NCBI GenBank assembly: GCA_030372965.1
Contig: JAUCQC010000170.1
Coordinates: 1-58,029, forward strand
Direction of reading: 5' to 3'
DNA: 58,029 bases
From: a bacterium
Lineage (GTDB): Bacteria; Zhuqueibacterota; QNDG01; DTFT01
Shown piece after piece: positions 20,856 through 30,167 of this stretch. Every line of letters begins with the position of its first letter. Position 1 is the stretch's first letter. A program made the translations under genes and the position numbers. The notes under the pieces are model-generated. The model did no database searches, was not told where the DNA came from, and saw nothing but the letters and a program-made list of their open reading frames with translations.

Positions 20856-23101
20856 GGCGGGGCCCGGCACGGGCGGCGGCCGCGGCCGCCTGTCGGTTGC
20901 TGCTATTCGTCCGCGCGGGCGTTTCAGCCCAGGACCGCGGCCGGCTGGAGGGGCGCGTCGTGGACGAGGCGACCGGGCGGCCGCTGTGGGGCGTCAATGT
21001 CATGGTCAAGGGAACCTGGCTCGGTGCCGTGACGGACGAGGCGGGACGATTCGCGGTGTCGGCCGTGCCCGCCGGCCGCTGCGATGTCGAGGCCTCGCTC
21101 ATGGGCTACGAGAAACGGACCGCGGCCGGCCTGGAGATCGCCGCGGGCGCGGCCACGGAGGTGACGCTCCGGCTGAAGCAGACCCTGATCCGCAGGCCGG
21201 CCGAGATCGTGACGGCCTCGAAGCGGAAGCAGGCCATCGAGGACGCGCCCGTGACCGTGGACGTGGTCGGAGACGCGGAAATACGGTCGCGGAACGCGGT
21301 CACGCTCGACAAGGTGCTGGAGAACACGGCCGGCATGGGCGTGACCGACGGCCAGATCGACCTGCGCGGCTCCACGGGGTTCAATTACGCGGCCGGCAGC
21401 CGCGTGCTCCTGCTGGTCGACGGGCATCCCCTCATCAACGGCGACACCGGCGGCATCAACTGGGACGCGATACCGATCGAGGAAGTGGAGCGCGTGGAGG
21501 TGGTGAAGGGCGCGGGGTCCGCGCTGTACGGCTCGAACGCGCTGGCCGGCATGGTGAATGTCATCACGCGCGACCCGTCGGCCGCGCCGGAAACGCGGGT
21601 GCGGATGACGGCCGGGTTCCACGACACCCCGGCCTACGACGCCTGGCGCTGGACGGACCGGTTTCTGACCTACCGGCTGTTCGACCGCGGGGAACTCGAT
21701 CTTAGGAACCCGCTGGGTTTCGCCGGACTGGACGTCTCGCACAGCCGCGCCGTCGGCCCGGTGGGCCTCTCGGTCACGGCCGGCCGCAAGGGAGGAACCG
21801 GTTATGGCCAGAACGGGTGGGTGGAGCGGTGGAACGCGGGCGTGAAGATGAAGGCGCGCACCTCGGAGCGGGGCACGCTGAACCTCTCGGCCGGCCACAC
21901 GGACAACGACCACGGCGAGGTGACCCAGTGGCTGAGCCAGAGCCGGCCGCTCGAAGTGCCCCCGTCCGAAGCCGGCAACTCCATCCGCTACAGAAAATCG
22001 AACGCGGCCGTCACGTACCGGCACATCCTGAACCCGTCCCTGGCCTACACCCTGAAGGCGAACTGGTACCGAACGCACTGGAAGAACGACTACCAGGACA
22101 ACCGGGACGGGGCGCGGACGGACAAGACCGGCGCGGAGGCGCAGTTCGACGCGCTGTGGGGCAGGCACGCGGCCACCTTCGGGGCGGAAGCGGCGCACAA
22201 CCGCGCGGAATCGGACATTTACGGGAGTCCGGAGACGCTCGATCTCGCGGTGTACGGCGAGGACGGCCTGCGGTTCGCGGAGCGGGCGACGCTGACCGCC
22301 GGCCTGCGCTACGATTTTCACCGGGTGCGGGGTGTGTATTCGGACGGCCAGCTCAGCCCCCGGCTCGGGCTTGTCTTCAGGCCGGACGCGGAGACGTCGC
22401 TGCGCGCGTCCTTCGGCCGGGGGTTCCGGGCGCCGTCCATCGCCGAGGTGTTCGCGGACATCACGGTGTCGGGCTTTCACGTGAGCCCGAACCTCGACCT
22501 GCGCAGGGCCGAGCGGGCCTGGAGCGCCGAGATCGGCGCGGGCCGCACCGTGGACCTGGGCCGGCTGTCACCGGTTTTGGACGGGTCGCATCCCGTGCTC
22601 CTGTTCGACGCCGCGGTCTTCAGGAGCGATTACCGGGACATGATCGAGGTCGGCCTGAAGCCCGGCAGTCAGGACATCCAGTTTCTCAACATCGGAAGCG
22701 CGTTCACGCAGGGATTCGAAGGCCGCGTCCGGGCGTCTCTGTGGGCCGGCCGGCTGTCCGGGCAGGCTGGATACACCTTCGTCGACTCCCGGGACCGCGG
22801 CACCGGCCGTCCCCTGCGGTACCGATCGAAACACAGGCTGAACGCGGGAGCGGAATGGAGGACCGGCCGGCTGACCTTCGGCCTGGACGCCCGCTTCGCG
22901 AGCCGGATCGAGGAGACCCTGCTTTACAACGCGGACGAGCGCGTGCCGGTGAGGGTCTTGGACGGCCGCGTCGGGCTCGACCTGGGCCGGACCGACCTCG
23001 TGATCGAGTGCACCAACATGGGCAATTACATGTACACGCTTCGCGAGCGGATGCTGGAGCCGATCCGCGCCTTCTCCCTGACCCTGAGGACCGCATGGTG
23101 A
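20852..23101 (+). CDS. TonB-dependent receptor with N-terminal carboxypeptidase-regulatory-like domain
   Basis: GRVVDEATGRPL..VNV, VTASK, VLLLVDG, VERVEVVKGAGSALYGSNALAGMVNVIT plug motif, GFRAPS, C-terminal aromatic W. Confidence 0.93.
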   Translation: MRRGPARAAAAAACRLLLFVRAGVSAQDRGRLEGRVVDEATGRPLWGVNVMVKGTWLGAVTDEAGRFAVSAVPAGRCDVEASLMGYEKRTAAGLEIAAGAATEVTLRLKQTLIRRPAEIVTASKRKQAIEDAPVTVDVVGDAEIRSRNAVTLDKVLENTAGMGVTDGQIDLRGSTGFNYAAGSRVLLLVDGHPLINGDTGGINWDAIPIEEVERVEVVKGAGSALYGSNALAGMVNVITRDPSAAPETRVRMTAGFHDTPAYDAWRWTDRFLTYRLFDRGELDLRNPLGFAGLDVSHSRAVGPVGLSVTAGRKGGTGYGQNGWVERWNAGVKMKARTSERGTLNLSAGHTDNDHGEVTQWLSQSRPLEVPPSEAGNSIRYRKSNAAVTYRHILNPSLAYTLKANWYRTHWKNDYQDNRDGARTDKTGAEAQFDALWGRHAATFGAEAAHNRAESDIYGSPETLDLAVYGEDGLRFAERATLTAGLRYDFHRVRGVYSDGQLSPRLGLVFRPDAETSLRASFGRGFRAPSIAEVFADITVSGFHVSPNLDLRRAERAWSAEIGAGRTVDLGRLSPVLDGSHPVLLFDAAVFRSDYRDMIEVGLKPGSQDIQFLNIGSAFTQGFEGRVRASLWAGRLSGQAGYTFVDSRDRGTGRPLRYRSKHRLNAGAEWRTGRLTFGLDARFASRIEETLLYNADERVPVRVLDGRVGLDLGRTDLVIECTNMGNYMYTLRERMLEPIRAFSLTLRTAW

Positions 23102-24282
23102 AACTCTGGCAGAAAAAATCGAAGACGGATCCGGACCCGGACGTCGAAACCTTCACCGCGGGCGACGACCCCGACCTGGACCTGCGGCTGGCGGCGTACG
23201 ACTGCGCGGCTTCGGCGGGCCACGCCCGGATGCTGGGGAAGATCGGCGTGCTTCAGCCGGACGAGGTGCGCCGTCTCGTGGACGAGCTGGACGCCATCCG
23301 GCGGTCGGCGGAGGAAGGCCGTTTCGAGATTCCCCGCGAGATGGAGGACTGCCACACCGCCATCGAGAACCGGCTCACGGAAAAGCTCGGCGAACTCGGG
23401 AAGAAAATCCACACCGGCCGGTCGCGGAACGACCAGGTGCTGGCGGCCCTGCGCCTGTTCTGCATCGCCGAGGCGGGCCGGATCCGTTCGGCCGCGGAAG
23501 CCCTGACCGCCGGCCTGAAGGGCCTGTCCGGCCGCTCCGGAGGCGTGGCCATACCCGGGTACACGCACACGCGCAAGGCCATGCCCTCGTCGATCGGGTT
23601 GTGGGCCGGCGGATACGCCTTAGCGCTGGAGGAGGACGCCCGGCTCCTCGAATTCATCCGGGGCCGCATGGACCAGTCGCCGCTCGGCACGGGCGCCGGA
23701 TACGGCGTGCCTCTCGACGTGGACCGGGCTTACGCGGCGAAGGAGGCGGGATTCTCGGCCGTGCAGGAGAACCCGATCGCGGTCCAGTTGAGCCGGGGCA
23801 AGTTCGAGTCCACCCTCGTCCACTGCCTCGCGCTGTTCATGCTCGACGCGAACCGGCTGGCGACGGACCTCATTTTCTTCTCCATGCCGGACACGGGATT
23901 CGTCCGCCTGCCCGCGGCTTTCTGCACCGGCAGTTCCATCATGCCGCAGAAGAAAAATCCGGACGTCCTGGAGCTGGTGCGCGCGAAGTACCACGCCGTT
24001 CTCGCCTGCCAGATCCAGCTGCAGACGACCACAGCCGGCCTGATCTCCGGCTACCACCGCGACCTGCAGCTCACGAAGAAACCGCTCATGGAGGCGCTGG
24101 ACGCGGCGGCCGACTCGCTGGCCATTCTGGCGAAGCTGGTGTCCGGCCTGGAGGTGGACGAGGCGGCCTGCGCGAAGGCGCTCACGGAGGAGGTCTTCGC
24201 CACGGAGCGCGTGTACGCGCTCGTGAAGCAGGGCGTGCCGTTCCGCGAGGCGTACCGGAGGGTGGGAAAACAGTACGAGTGA
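23095..24282 (+). CDS. argH: Argininosuccinate lyase (short form, about 395 aa)
   Basis: MVKLW, EDCHTAIE, HTGRSRNDQ, PGYTH, TGSSIMPQKKNPD, GVPFREAY. Confidence 0.93.
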   Translation: MVKLWQKKSKTDPDPDVETFTAGDDPDLDLRLAAYDCAASAGHARMLGKIGVLQPDEVRRLVDELDAIRRSAEEGRFEIPREMEDCHTAIENRLTEKLGELGKKIHTGRSRNDQVLAALRLFCIAEAGRIRSAAEALTAGLKGLSGRSGGVAIPGYTHTRKAMPSSIGLWAGGYALALEEDARLLEFIRGRMDQSPLGTGAGYGVPLDVDRAYAAKEAGFSAVQENPIAVQLSRGKFESTLVHCLALFMLDANRLATDLIFFSMPDTGFVRLPAAFCTGSSIMPQKKNPDVLELVRAKYHAVLACQIQLQTTTAGLISGYHRDLQLTKKPLMEALDAAADSLAILAKLVSGLEVDEAACAKALTEEVFATERVYALVKQGVPFREAYRRVGKQYE

Positions 24283-24411
24283 GCGGCGTTATCCCGGGCT
24301 CTTCCGGCGGAGTCCGGGCCGCGTCCGGCCTGGTTTCGTCCCGCGGCCGTTCCGCGCGCCGTACCGGCCCGCGGCAAGTGAATCATCGAGTAACGAACGA
24401 AAGGAAATTCA

Positions 24412-24957
24412 ATGTCCATATTCACCAGAGAGTCCCCGGCCCCGGTCCCGGACAGGAATGAACACAGGAATGAAAACCGCAATGAAAACCGGAGCGAGAA
24501 CAGAAACGAGAACAGGAACGAACACCGGCACGACCGCAGGCACGACCATCGGCACGACCGCAGGGACGATCACCGGAGCGAATCGCCGGTGCCGGCAGAC
24601 AAACTCACCGATTTCCAGCAATTGAATGTCTGGCAGAAGGCGCACAAGCTCGCGCTGGAAGTGTTCGCGGTCACCCGGAAATTCCCCAAGGAGGAGCGGG
24701 AGGAAATGGCGCGCACCGTCCGCAGGATCGCCACGGTCATTCCCGCGAAAATCGCCGAGGGATTCATGCGCCGGCATCCCCGCGACAAGGAAGCCTCGTA
24801 CCGCATGAGCCAGGACGCCATCGAGGAGCTGAAATACCACCTGATTCTGTCCCGGGATCTCGGCTTTCTGAAGGACGCAGAAGAGATACTGATGGCCGTC
24901 GACGAGGTCGCGCGCATGCTCACCGGACTGGTACGGTCCGCGCGGCACGGCAACTGA
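24412..24957 (+). CDS. Four-helix-bundle protein (IVS/Avd-like family) with N-terminal tetrapeptide repeats
   Basis: FQQLNVWQKAHKL, FPKEE, RRIATVIPAKIAEGF, ELKYHLILSRDLGFL; AAGGA RBS. Confidence 0.88.
   Translation: MSIFTRESPAPVPDRNEHRNENRNENRSENRNENRNEHRHDRRHDHRHDRRDDHRSESPVPADKLTDFQQLNVWQKAHKLALEVFAVTRKFPKEEREEMARTVRRIATVIPAKIAEGFMRRHPRDKEASYRMSQDAIEELKYHLILSRDLGFLKDAEEILMAVDEVARMLTGLVRSARHGN
24451..24576 (+). repeat. In-frame 12-bp tandem repeat (about 10.5 units) encoding x-R-x-[ED]
   Basis: GACAGGAATGAA CACAGGAATGAA AACCGCAATGAA ... CACCGGCACGAC CGCAGGCACGAC. Confidence 0.85.
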
Positions 24958-25054
24958 CCGTCCGAAAACCGGTTGCGGAGTCCGCCAGGCGTCCCGAGCA
25001 GGGGCGCCTGGTCCGTTTTCGGGCAACCCGGAGGGCGGGGGGACGTATAAACTA

Positions 25055-25118
25055 ACGTTGGCACGTTAACACGTTGACACGTTTGAACGTTCAAACGTTC
25101 CAACGTGTCAACGTTTTT
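25055..25118. repeat. 8 x 8-bp ACGTTnnn tandem array, self-complementary
   Basis: ACGTTGGC ACGTTAAC ACGTTGAC ACGTTTGA ACGTTCAA ACGTTCCA ACGTGTCA ACGTTTTT. Confidence 0.9.
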
Positions 25119-25130
25119 TCCGGAGTCCGC

Positions 25131-26057
25131 ATGCTGAAAATCGAGAATCTTGTCAAATCCTTCAACGGGACGATCGCGGTCGACCGGATTTCCTTCGAGG
25201 TCCGGAAGGGGGAAATCTTCGGGTTTTTGGGACCCAACGGCGCCGGCAAGACGACCACGATCAACATGATCAGCGGCCTGCTGAAGCCGGACGCGGGCGC
25301 CATTCATCTCGACGGACGCGACATGCTTTCCGGCGGCCCGGCGCTCCGGAAAAATCTGGGCGTGGTGCCCCAGGACGTGGCGCTCTACGAGGAGCTGAAC
25401 GCGGTCGAGAATCTCCGGTTCTGGGGCGGGCTGTACGGCCTCAAAGGCGCGCCCCTCAGGCGGCGGATCGACGAACTTCTCGAGGCCACGGGACTCGCGG
25501 ACCGGGCCAAGGAGCGCGTGTCCGGCTATTCGGGCGGAATGAAGCGGCGGCTGAACATGGCCGCGGGCATGGTTCACAAGCCCAAGCTGCTCCTGCTCGA
25601 CGAGCCGACGGTGGGCATCGATCCCCAGGCCCGAAACCACATGCTCGGCCTGGTCCGGGTCTTCGCGAAGCAGGGCACGACCATCCTCTACACCACCCAT
25701 TATCTGGACGAGGCCGAAAGCCTCTGCGGCCGGCTGGCCATCATCGACCACGGCCGCATTCTGGCCTCGGGCACGCAGGACGCGATCAAGCGCATCGTCG
25801 GCGAGAACCGCCTGGTCAGGGTGACGGGCCGGTTTTCCGGAATCGCGGCCGAGCGGCTTCAGAAGAAAATCAAGTCCCTGACCGTCGTTTCAGCGGCCGA
25901 GAACGAGGCCGTGTTCAGCCTGCCGGTGGCGCAGGGCACGGGCCGGTTCCTCGAGGCGCTCATCGCCGGCGGGCTTGAAATCGAGAATGTCGGCATCAAG
26001 GAGCCGAGCCTCGACTCGGTGTTCATCAAGCTCACCGGAAGGGAGCTCCGCGATTGA
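25131..26057 (+). CDS. ABC-2 type exporter ATP-binding subunit
   Basis: GPNGAGKTT, YSGGMKRR, LLLDEPT, TTHY; GGAG RBS. Confidence 0.95.
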   Translation: MLKIENLVKSFNGTIAVDRISFEVRKGEIFGFLGPNGAGKTTTINMISGLLKPDAGAIHLDGRDMLSGGPALRKNLGVVPQDVALYEELNAVENLRFWGGLYGLKGAPLRRRIDELLEATGLADRAKERVSGYSGGMKRRLNMAAGMVHKPKLLLLDEPTVGIDPQARNHMLGLVRVFAKQGTTILYTTHYLDEAESLCGRLAIIDHGRILASGTQDAIKRIVGENRLVRVTGRFSGIAAERLQKKIKSLTVVSAAENEAVFSLPVAQGTGRFLEALIAGGLEIENVGIKEPSLDSVFIKLTGRELRD

Positions 26058-27307
26058 TCGGCCGGCTGCTTCATAAGGACATGCTCCGGCGGATGCGGAA
26101 TCCTGGCGGATTCATCCTCCTCCTGATCATGCCGCTTCTGTTCGCCATGCTCATCGGTCTCGCGTTCGGGCCGTCCGGGGGCGGGGAGAGGCGGATCCGC
26201 ATCACGCTTCTGTTCGAGGACCGGGACGGAAGCATCGCGTCGAAGATGCTGAAGAGCGCCTTCGGTCAGGGCGAGCTGTCCAGCCTCTTCGACGTCCGGC
26301 CCGTGGGCGCGGACAGCGGCGCCGTTCTCATGAACGCGGGAAAGGCCTCGGCGCTTCTCGTCGTTCCCGCCGGGTTCGGCGACTCCCTTCTGAACCGGCG
26401 GCGAGCCGAACTGTTCCTGGTCAAGAATCCCTCCGAGTCGTTCGGCCCGAAAATCGCGGAGGAGACCGTCCGCCTGTTCGCGGAGGCCGGGGACCGCTTC
26501 GTGCGGATCGCCGGGGCTCCCCTGGAGAACATCCGCGTCCAGTCGGAGCGGAAGGAAAGCCCTTCGGACTGGGAGGTGGCGGCCGTGGCCGTGCAGTTCA
26601 GCCGGCTCGTGGACCGGGTTTCGGCGTATCTCATTCCTCCGAAAATCGATCTGACGATCCGATCCGCGGCGCCCGGCAAGGCCGCGTCCGATTCCTACAA
26701 TCTCTACGCGGACATTCTGTCCGGCCTGTCGGTCATGTGCCTTCTGTTCATACTCGACGTGCTGTCCCGGGACATCCATGAGGAGCGGCAGAAGAAGACC
26801 CTGCTTCGTCTCCGCGCCGGTCCCGCTTCCGTCTCCTCGCTGGTCGCGGCCAAGATCCTGTTCGTCTTCTTGAGCGGGCTGGCGGCCCACGGCCTGGTGT
26901 GGGGCGGCGCAGCCGCGCTGTTCGGCGTCCGCATGGACGCGAGACAGCTCCTTCTGTTTCTTCCCTTCTCCATGGTGCTGGTGGCGGCACTCACCGGCGT
27001 TGTCTTCATGGTGCAGGGCCTGAGCCGGACGCTGTCGCAGGCCCAGGCGATCTCCCCGGCGGTCATCATCACCTTCAGCATGCTGGGCGGGTCCATGCTG
27101 CCGGTCCGCAACCTGCCCGGTTTCCTCCAGAAGGCGGCCGCGTTGTCCCCGGTGACCTGGGGCGTCAGGGGCCTGCAGGGGATTCTGCTGGAGCACGCGG
27201 GTCCGGCCGGGCTCCTCAAGCCGGCCCTTATCCTCTCCCTGCTCGCCTGGTGTTTCCTGGTCCTGTCCTTCTTCCTGCTCCGGAGAAAGGCGGCCGCATG
27301 GGCGTGA
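26054..27307 (+). CDS. ABC-2 type exporter permease
   Basis: TTGA overlap; N-terminal TM, large extracytoplasmic loop, EERQKKTLLRL, LGGSMLP, SPVTW. Confidence 0.88.
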   Translation: MIGRLLHKDMLRRMRNPGGFILLLIMPLLFAMLIGLAFGPSGGGERRIRITLLFEDRDGSIASKMLKSAFGQGELSSLFDVRPVGADSGAVLMNAGKASALLVVPAGFGDSLLNRRRAELFLVKNPSESFGPKIAEETVRLFAEAGDRFVRIAGAPLENIRVQSERKESPSDWEVAAVAVQFSRLVDRVSAYLIPPKIDLTIRSAAPGKAASDSYNLYADILSGLSVMCLLFILDVLSRDIHEERQKKTLLRLRAGPASVSSLVAAKILFVFLSGLAAHGLVWGGAAALFGVRMDARQLLLFLPFSMVLVAALTGVVFMVQGLSRTLSQAQAISPAVIITFSMLGGSMLPVRNLPGFLQKAAALSPVTWGVRGLQGILLEHAGPAGLLKPALILSLLAWCFLVLSFFLLRRKAAAWA

Positions 27308-28488
27308 CGGGCCATCTCATCCGGCAGTTCTGGATCGTCTGCTTCAGGGAAAAATCCACGCTGTTCTGGATGTTCATCATGCCGGTCGTTTACATCTTCA
27401 TCTTCGGAAGCGCGTTCCGCGGCGGAAACGACCCGAGCCGGTCGTGGGCCGGTCTTGCGGTGGAAAACCGGGACGACGGGTTTCTTTCACAGAGACTGAT
27501 CGCGTCCATCGGCTCTGAAAACGTGATCCTCGATTCCCTGAACAGCGTGTTCAGTCCCGTTTCCGGAATCAGCGGGGGCGATTCCGCCTCGGGCCGCCCC
27601 GGGTCTGAACCGGTCCGCACGCTGATCATCCCCGCCGGGTTCACGGACAGCCTGCTTCGCGGGGAAAAGGTCCACCTGGCGCTCCGCAAACGCCACGATT
27701 CCAATCTCGAAGCCGAGCAGACCGCGGTCATGGCCGTGCGCAAGGCGTCTTTCCGCCTGCTCGCGGACGCGGCCGAGGCCGCGGCGTCCGGCAAAAAGGT
27801 GACGCCCGGGGTTCTGTCCGGCCTGGACGGCCGGAGCCCCCGGGTCACGGTTCAGACATCCTATGCCGGGCGGCACCGGGTCGTGCCGTCCGGGTTCAAC
27901 CGGCAGGTGCCGGCCAATATCGTCCAGTTCGGCATGATTTTTCTGTTCGTGTACGCCGGGTCCTTCATCCACGAGGAGCGCAGAAAAGGCGTGCTGAAGC
28001 GGATACGGACCGCGCCCGTGGGATTCCGCCAGCTCTTTCTCTCCAAGCTCGCGGGCGCCTCGACGCTCGGGATGCTTCAGGCCGGGCTCCTGCTCCTCAT
28101 CGGCCGTTTCGCCTTCGGCGTGTATTACGGCGCCTCGCTCCCCGGCCTGGTCCTGCTCGTCGCGGCGTACTGCGTCTGCGTCGCGGCCATGGGGCTCTGT
28201 CTCGGGTTCGCGGTGGAAGACCACGACAAGCTGATCGGCGTCGCGATCGTCTCCGGCCTGTTCATGGCGGCCGTCTCGGGGTGCTGGTGGCCCCTTGAGA
28301 TCGCGCCGGCCTGGATGCAGAAGGCGGCCCTGGCCCTGCCCTCGGGCATCGCGCTCCGCGGCCTGCACCTGCTGATTTCCTACGGCCGGGGCTTCGGGGA
28401 CGTGGTGCCGCACATCGCGGGGCTTGCGGGTTTCGGGGCGGGGTGCGCCTTTCTTCTCTCACGGTTGCTGAATAAAAAAACGGATTGA
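27298..28488 (+). CDS. ABC-2 type exporter permease
   Basis: LFWMFIMP, EERRKGVLKRIRTAP, SGCWWPLEIAPAWMQ. Confidence 0.88.
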   Translation: MGVTGHLIRQFWIVCFREKSTLFWMFIMPVVYIFIFGSAFRGGNDPSRSWAGLAVENRDDGFLSQRLIASIGSENVILDSLNSVFSPVSGISGGDSASGRPGSEPVRTLIIPAGFTDSLLRGEKVHLALRKRHDSNLEAEQTAVMAVRKASFRLLADAAEAAASGKKVTPGVLSGLDGRSPRVTVQTSYAGRHRVVPSGFNRQVPANIVQFGMIFLFVYAGSFIHEERRKGVLKRIRTAPVGFRQLFLSKLAGASTLGMLQAGLLLLIGRFAFGVYYGASLPGLVLLVAAYCVCVAAMGLCLGFAVEDHDKLIGVAIVSGLFMAAVSGCWWPLEIAPAWMQKAALALPSGIALRGLHLLISYGRGFGDVVPHIAGLAGFGAGCAFLLSRLLNKKTD

Positions 28489-28564
28489 CCGGTTTCCGTC
28501 GCCGAACCGCCCGCCTGAAACAACATCCTATCCGGCGGCAGGATGGTTCCTTCTCATATCCTTA

Positions 28565-28593
28565 TTGCCAAAGTCCAAAATTAATATTACATT
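28565..28593 (+). promoter_or_regulatory. Putative promoter of glmM
   Basis: TTGCCA-N17-TACATT in an AT-rich patch. Confidence 0.5.
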
Positions 28594-28627
28594 AAGACCG
28601 AAAACCCACCATTCAGGGATGGAATGC

Positions 28628-29995
28628 ATGCCCAAACCCGTCATGATCAGCGTCTCCGGCATCCGCGGCATTGTCGGAGACGGTCTCACGCCCGAACTGC
28701 TCGTCCGCTACACGGCCGCGGCCGGAACCCTGTACGGCCCGGGCAAGGTGATGGTCGGCCGGGATTCGCGCGTCACGGGCGAGATGGTCCGGGGCGCGGT
28801 GTTCTCGGCGCTCATGTCCGTGGGGTGCGATCCCGTGGACCTGGGCATCGTGCCCACGCCCACGGTTCAGCTCGCCACGGAGCGTCACGGCGCTGTTGGC
28901 GGCATTGTCATCACGGCCAGCCACAACCCGGCGGAATGGAACGCGCTCAAGCTTCTCGACAGGACCGGCATGTTCCTCGATGAGGCGCAGGGCCTGGAGG
29001 TCAAGCGGATCGCGGAATCCGGCGCGTTCGCCTACAAGCCCTGGGACAGGATCGGCCGGGCGTCGTCCCGGACGGACGCGGTGCGGGATCACATCGAAGC
29101 CGTGCTGGCAATCCCGTTCGTGGACGTCGAACGGATCCGAAAAAGGAAATTCAGGGTGGCGTTCGATTCCGTGAACGGCGCGGGCGGCGTCATTCTGCCC
29201 GACCTGCTCTCGGCTTTCGGGTGCGAGATCGCGGCCCTGAACGCGGAGCCGCACGGCCGGTTCAGCCACACGCCCGAACCCCTCGCCCAGAACCTCACCG
29301 GCCTGTCCGATTTCGTCCGCTCGACGAAATCGGACGTGGGCTTCGCCGTGGACCCGGACGTGGACCGGTGCGCGATCGTGTCCGAAAAAGGCGAGTTCAT
29401 CGGGGAGGAATACACGGTGACGCTCGCGTCCCGGTTCGTGCTCGCGAAGAAGAAGGGAACCGTGGTGGTGAACGTGTCCACCACTCGGGCCGTGGACGAT
29501 GTCGCCGCGCAGGCGGGGGCGTCCGTGGTGCGCACCAAGGTCGGCGAGATCCACGTGGCCAAGAAGATGAAGGAAATCGGCGCGGCTGTGGGCGGAGAGG
29601 GGAACGGCGGCGTGATTCTGCCCGAGGTGCACCTCGGCCGGGACGCGCCCGTGGCCGTGGCCCTGACCCTGCAGGCCATGGCCGAGTCCGGCAAAACCGT
29701 GTCCGGCCTGCGGGAAGAACTGCCGCGTTATTTCATGGCCAAAAAGAAGCTGGAAATCGGAGGCGCTGATCCCGACGATATATTGAAAAAGATGGGAGAA
29801 AAGTACGCTTCCGAAACGTGTAACTGGATGGACGGCCTGAAGATCGAGAGGCCGGATTCCTGGATTCAGATCCGAAAATCGAACACCGAGCCCATCATCC
29901 GCGTCATGACCGAGGCGAAAACCGCGGAGGAAGCGAGCCGTCTGGCGGACGGTTTCGTCCGCGAGGCGGAAGTGTTTGCCGGCGGACGCGGATAG
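28628..29995 (+). CDS. glmM: Phosphoglucosamine mutase / phosphohexomutase
   Basis: SVSGIRG, GRDSR, catalytic TASHNP, metal loop DPDVDR, GEGNGG, RKSNTEP. Confidence 0.88.
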   Translation: MPKPVMISVSGIRGIVGDGLTPELLVRYTAAAGTLYGPGKVMVGRDSRVTGEMVRGAVFSALMSVGCDPVDLGIVPTPTVQLATERHGAVGGIVITASHNPAEWNALKLLDRTGMFLDEAQGLEVKRIAESGAFAYKPWDRIGRASSRTDAVRDHIEAVLAIPFVDVERIRKRKFRVAFDSVNGAGGVILPDLLSAFGCEIAALNAEPHGRFSHTPEPLAQNLTGLSDFVRSTKSDVGFAVDPDVDRCAIVSEKGEFIGEEYTVTLASRFVLAKKKGTVVVNVSTTRAVDDVAAQAGASVVRTKVGEIHVAKKMKEIGAAVGGEGNGGVILPEVHLGRDAPVAVALTLQAMAESGKTVSGLREELPRYFMAKKKLEIGGADPDDILKKMGEKYASETCNWMDGLKIERPDSWIQIRKSNTEPIIRVMTEAKTAEEASRLADGFVREAEVFAGGRG

Positions 29996-30167
29996 AGGCC
30001 GGCCGGAACGGGCATCGGGGAGTCCGGCCGCTGGCCGGTTTTAATCCAGAGTCCGGTCGTCGCCCAGGACCGGCCGGGAGAAACGTGGCCGCGGCGATCC
30101 GAAAATCAGAAGGCGTGCCCGTCCGTCTTTTCGAATGGACATTCCGGGAAAAAAGGAGGTTTTCCAT

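Noticed and set aside
21817-24282. 821-aa ArgH fusion (also 6521..8488, 26899..28488, 35764..37380 and 48582..52391 long starts)
   Set aside because: The N-terminal extensions are alternate-frame read-through of upstream genes or promoter DNA; true starts are at overlapping or RBS-supported codons
24412-25118. Diversity-generating retroelement (Avd-like gene plus repeats)
   Set aside because: No reverse transcriptase and no TR/VR pair differing at adenines is visible in the window
25055-25118. CRISPR array
   Set aside because: Period is 8 bp with 3-nt variable parts; no 23-47-bp repeats with unique spacers and no cas genes
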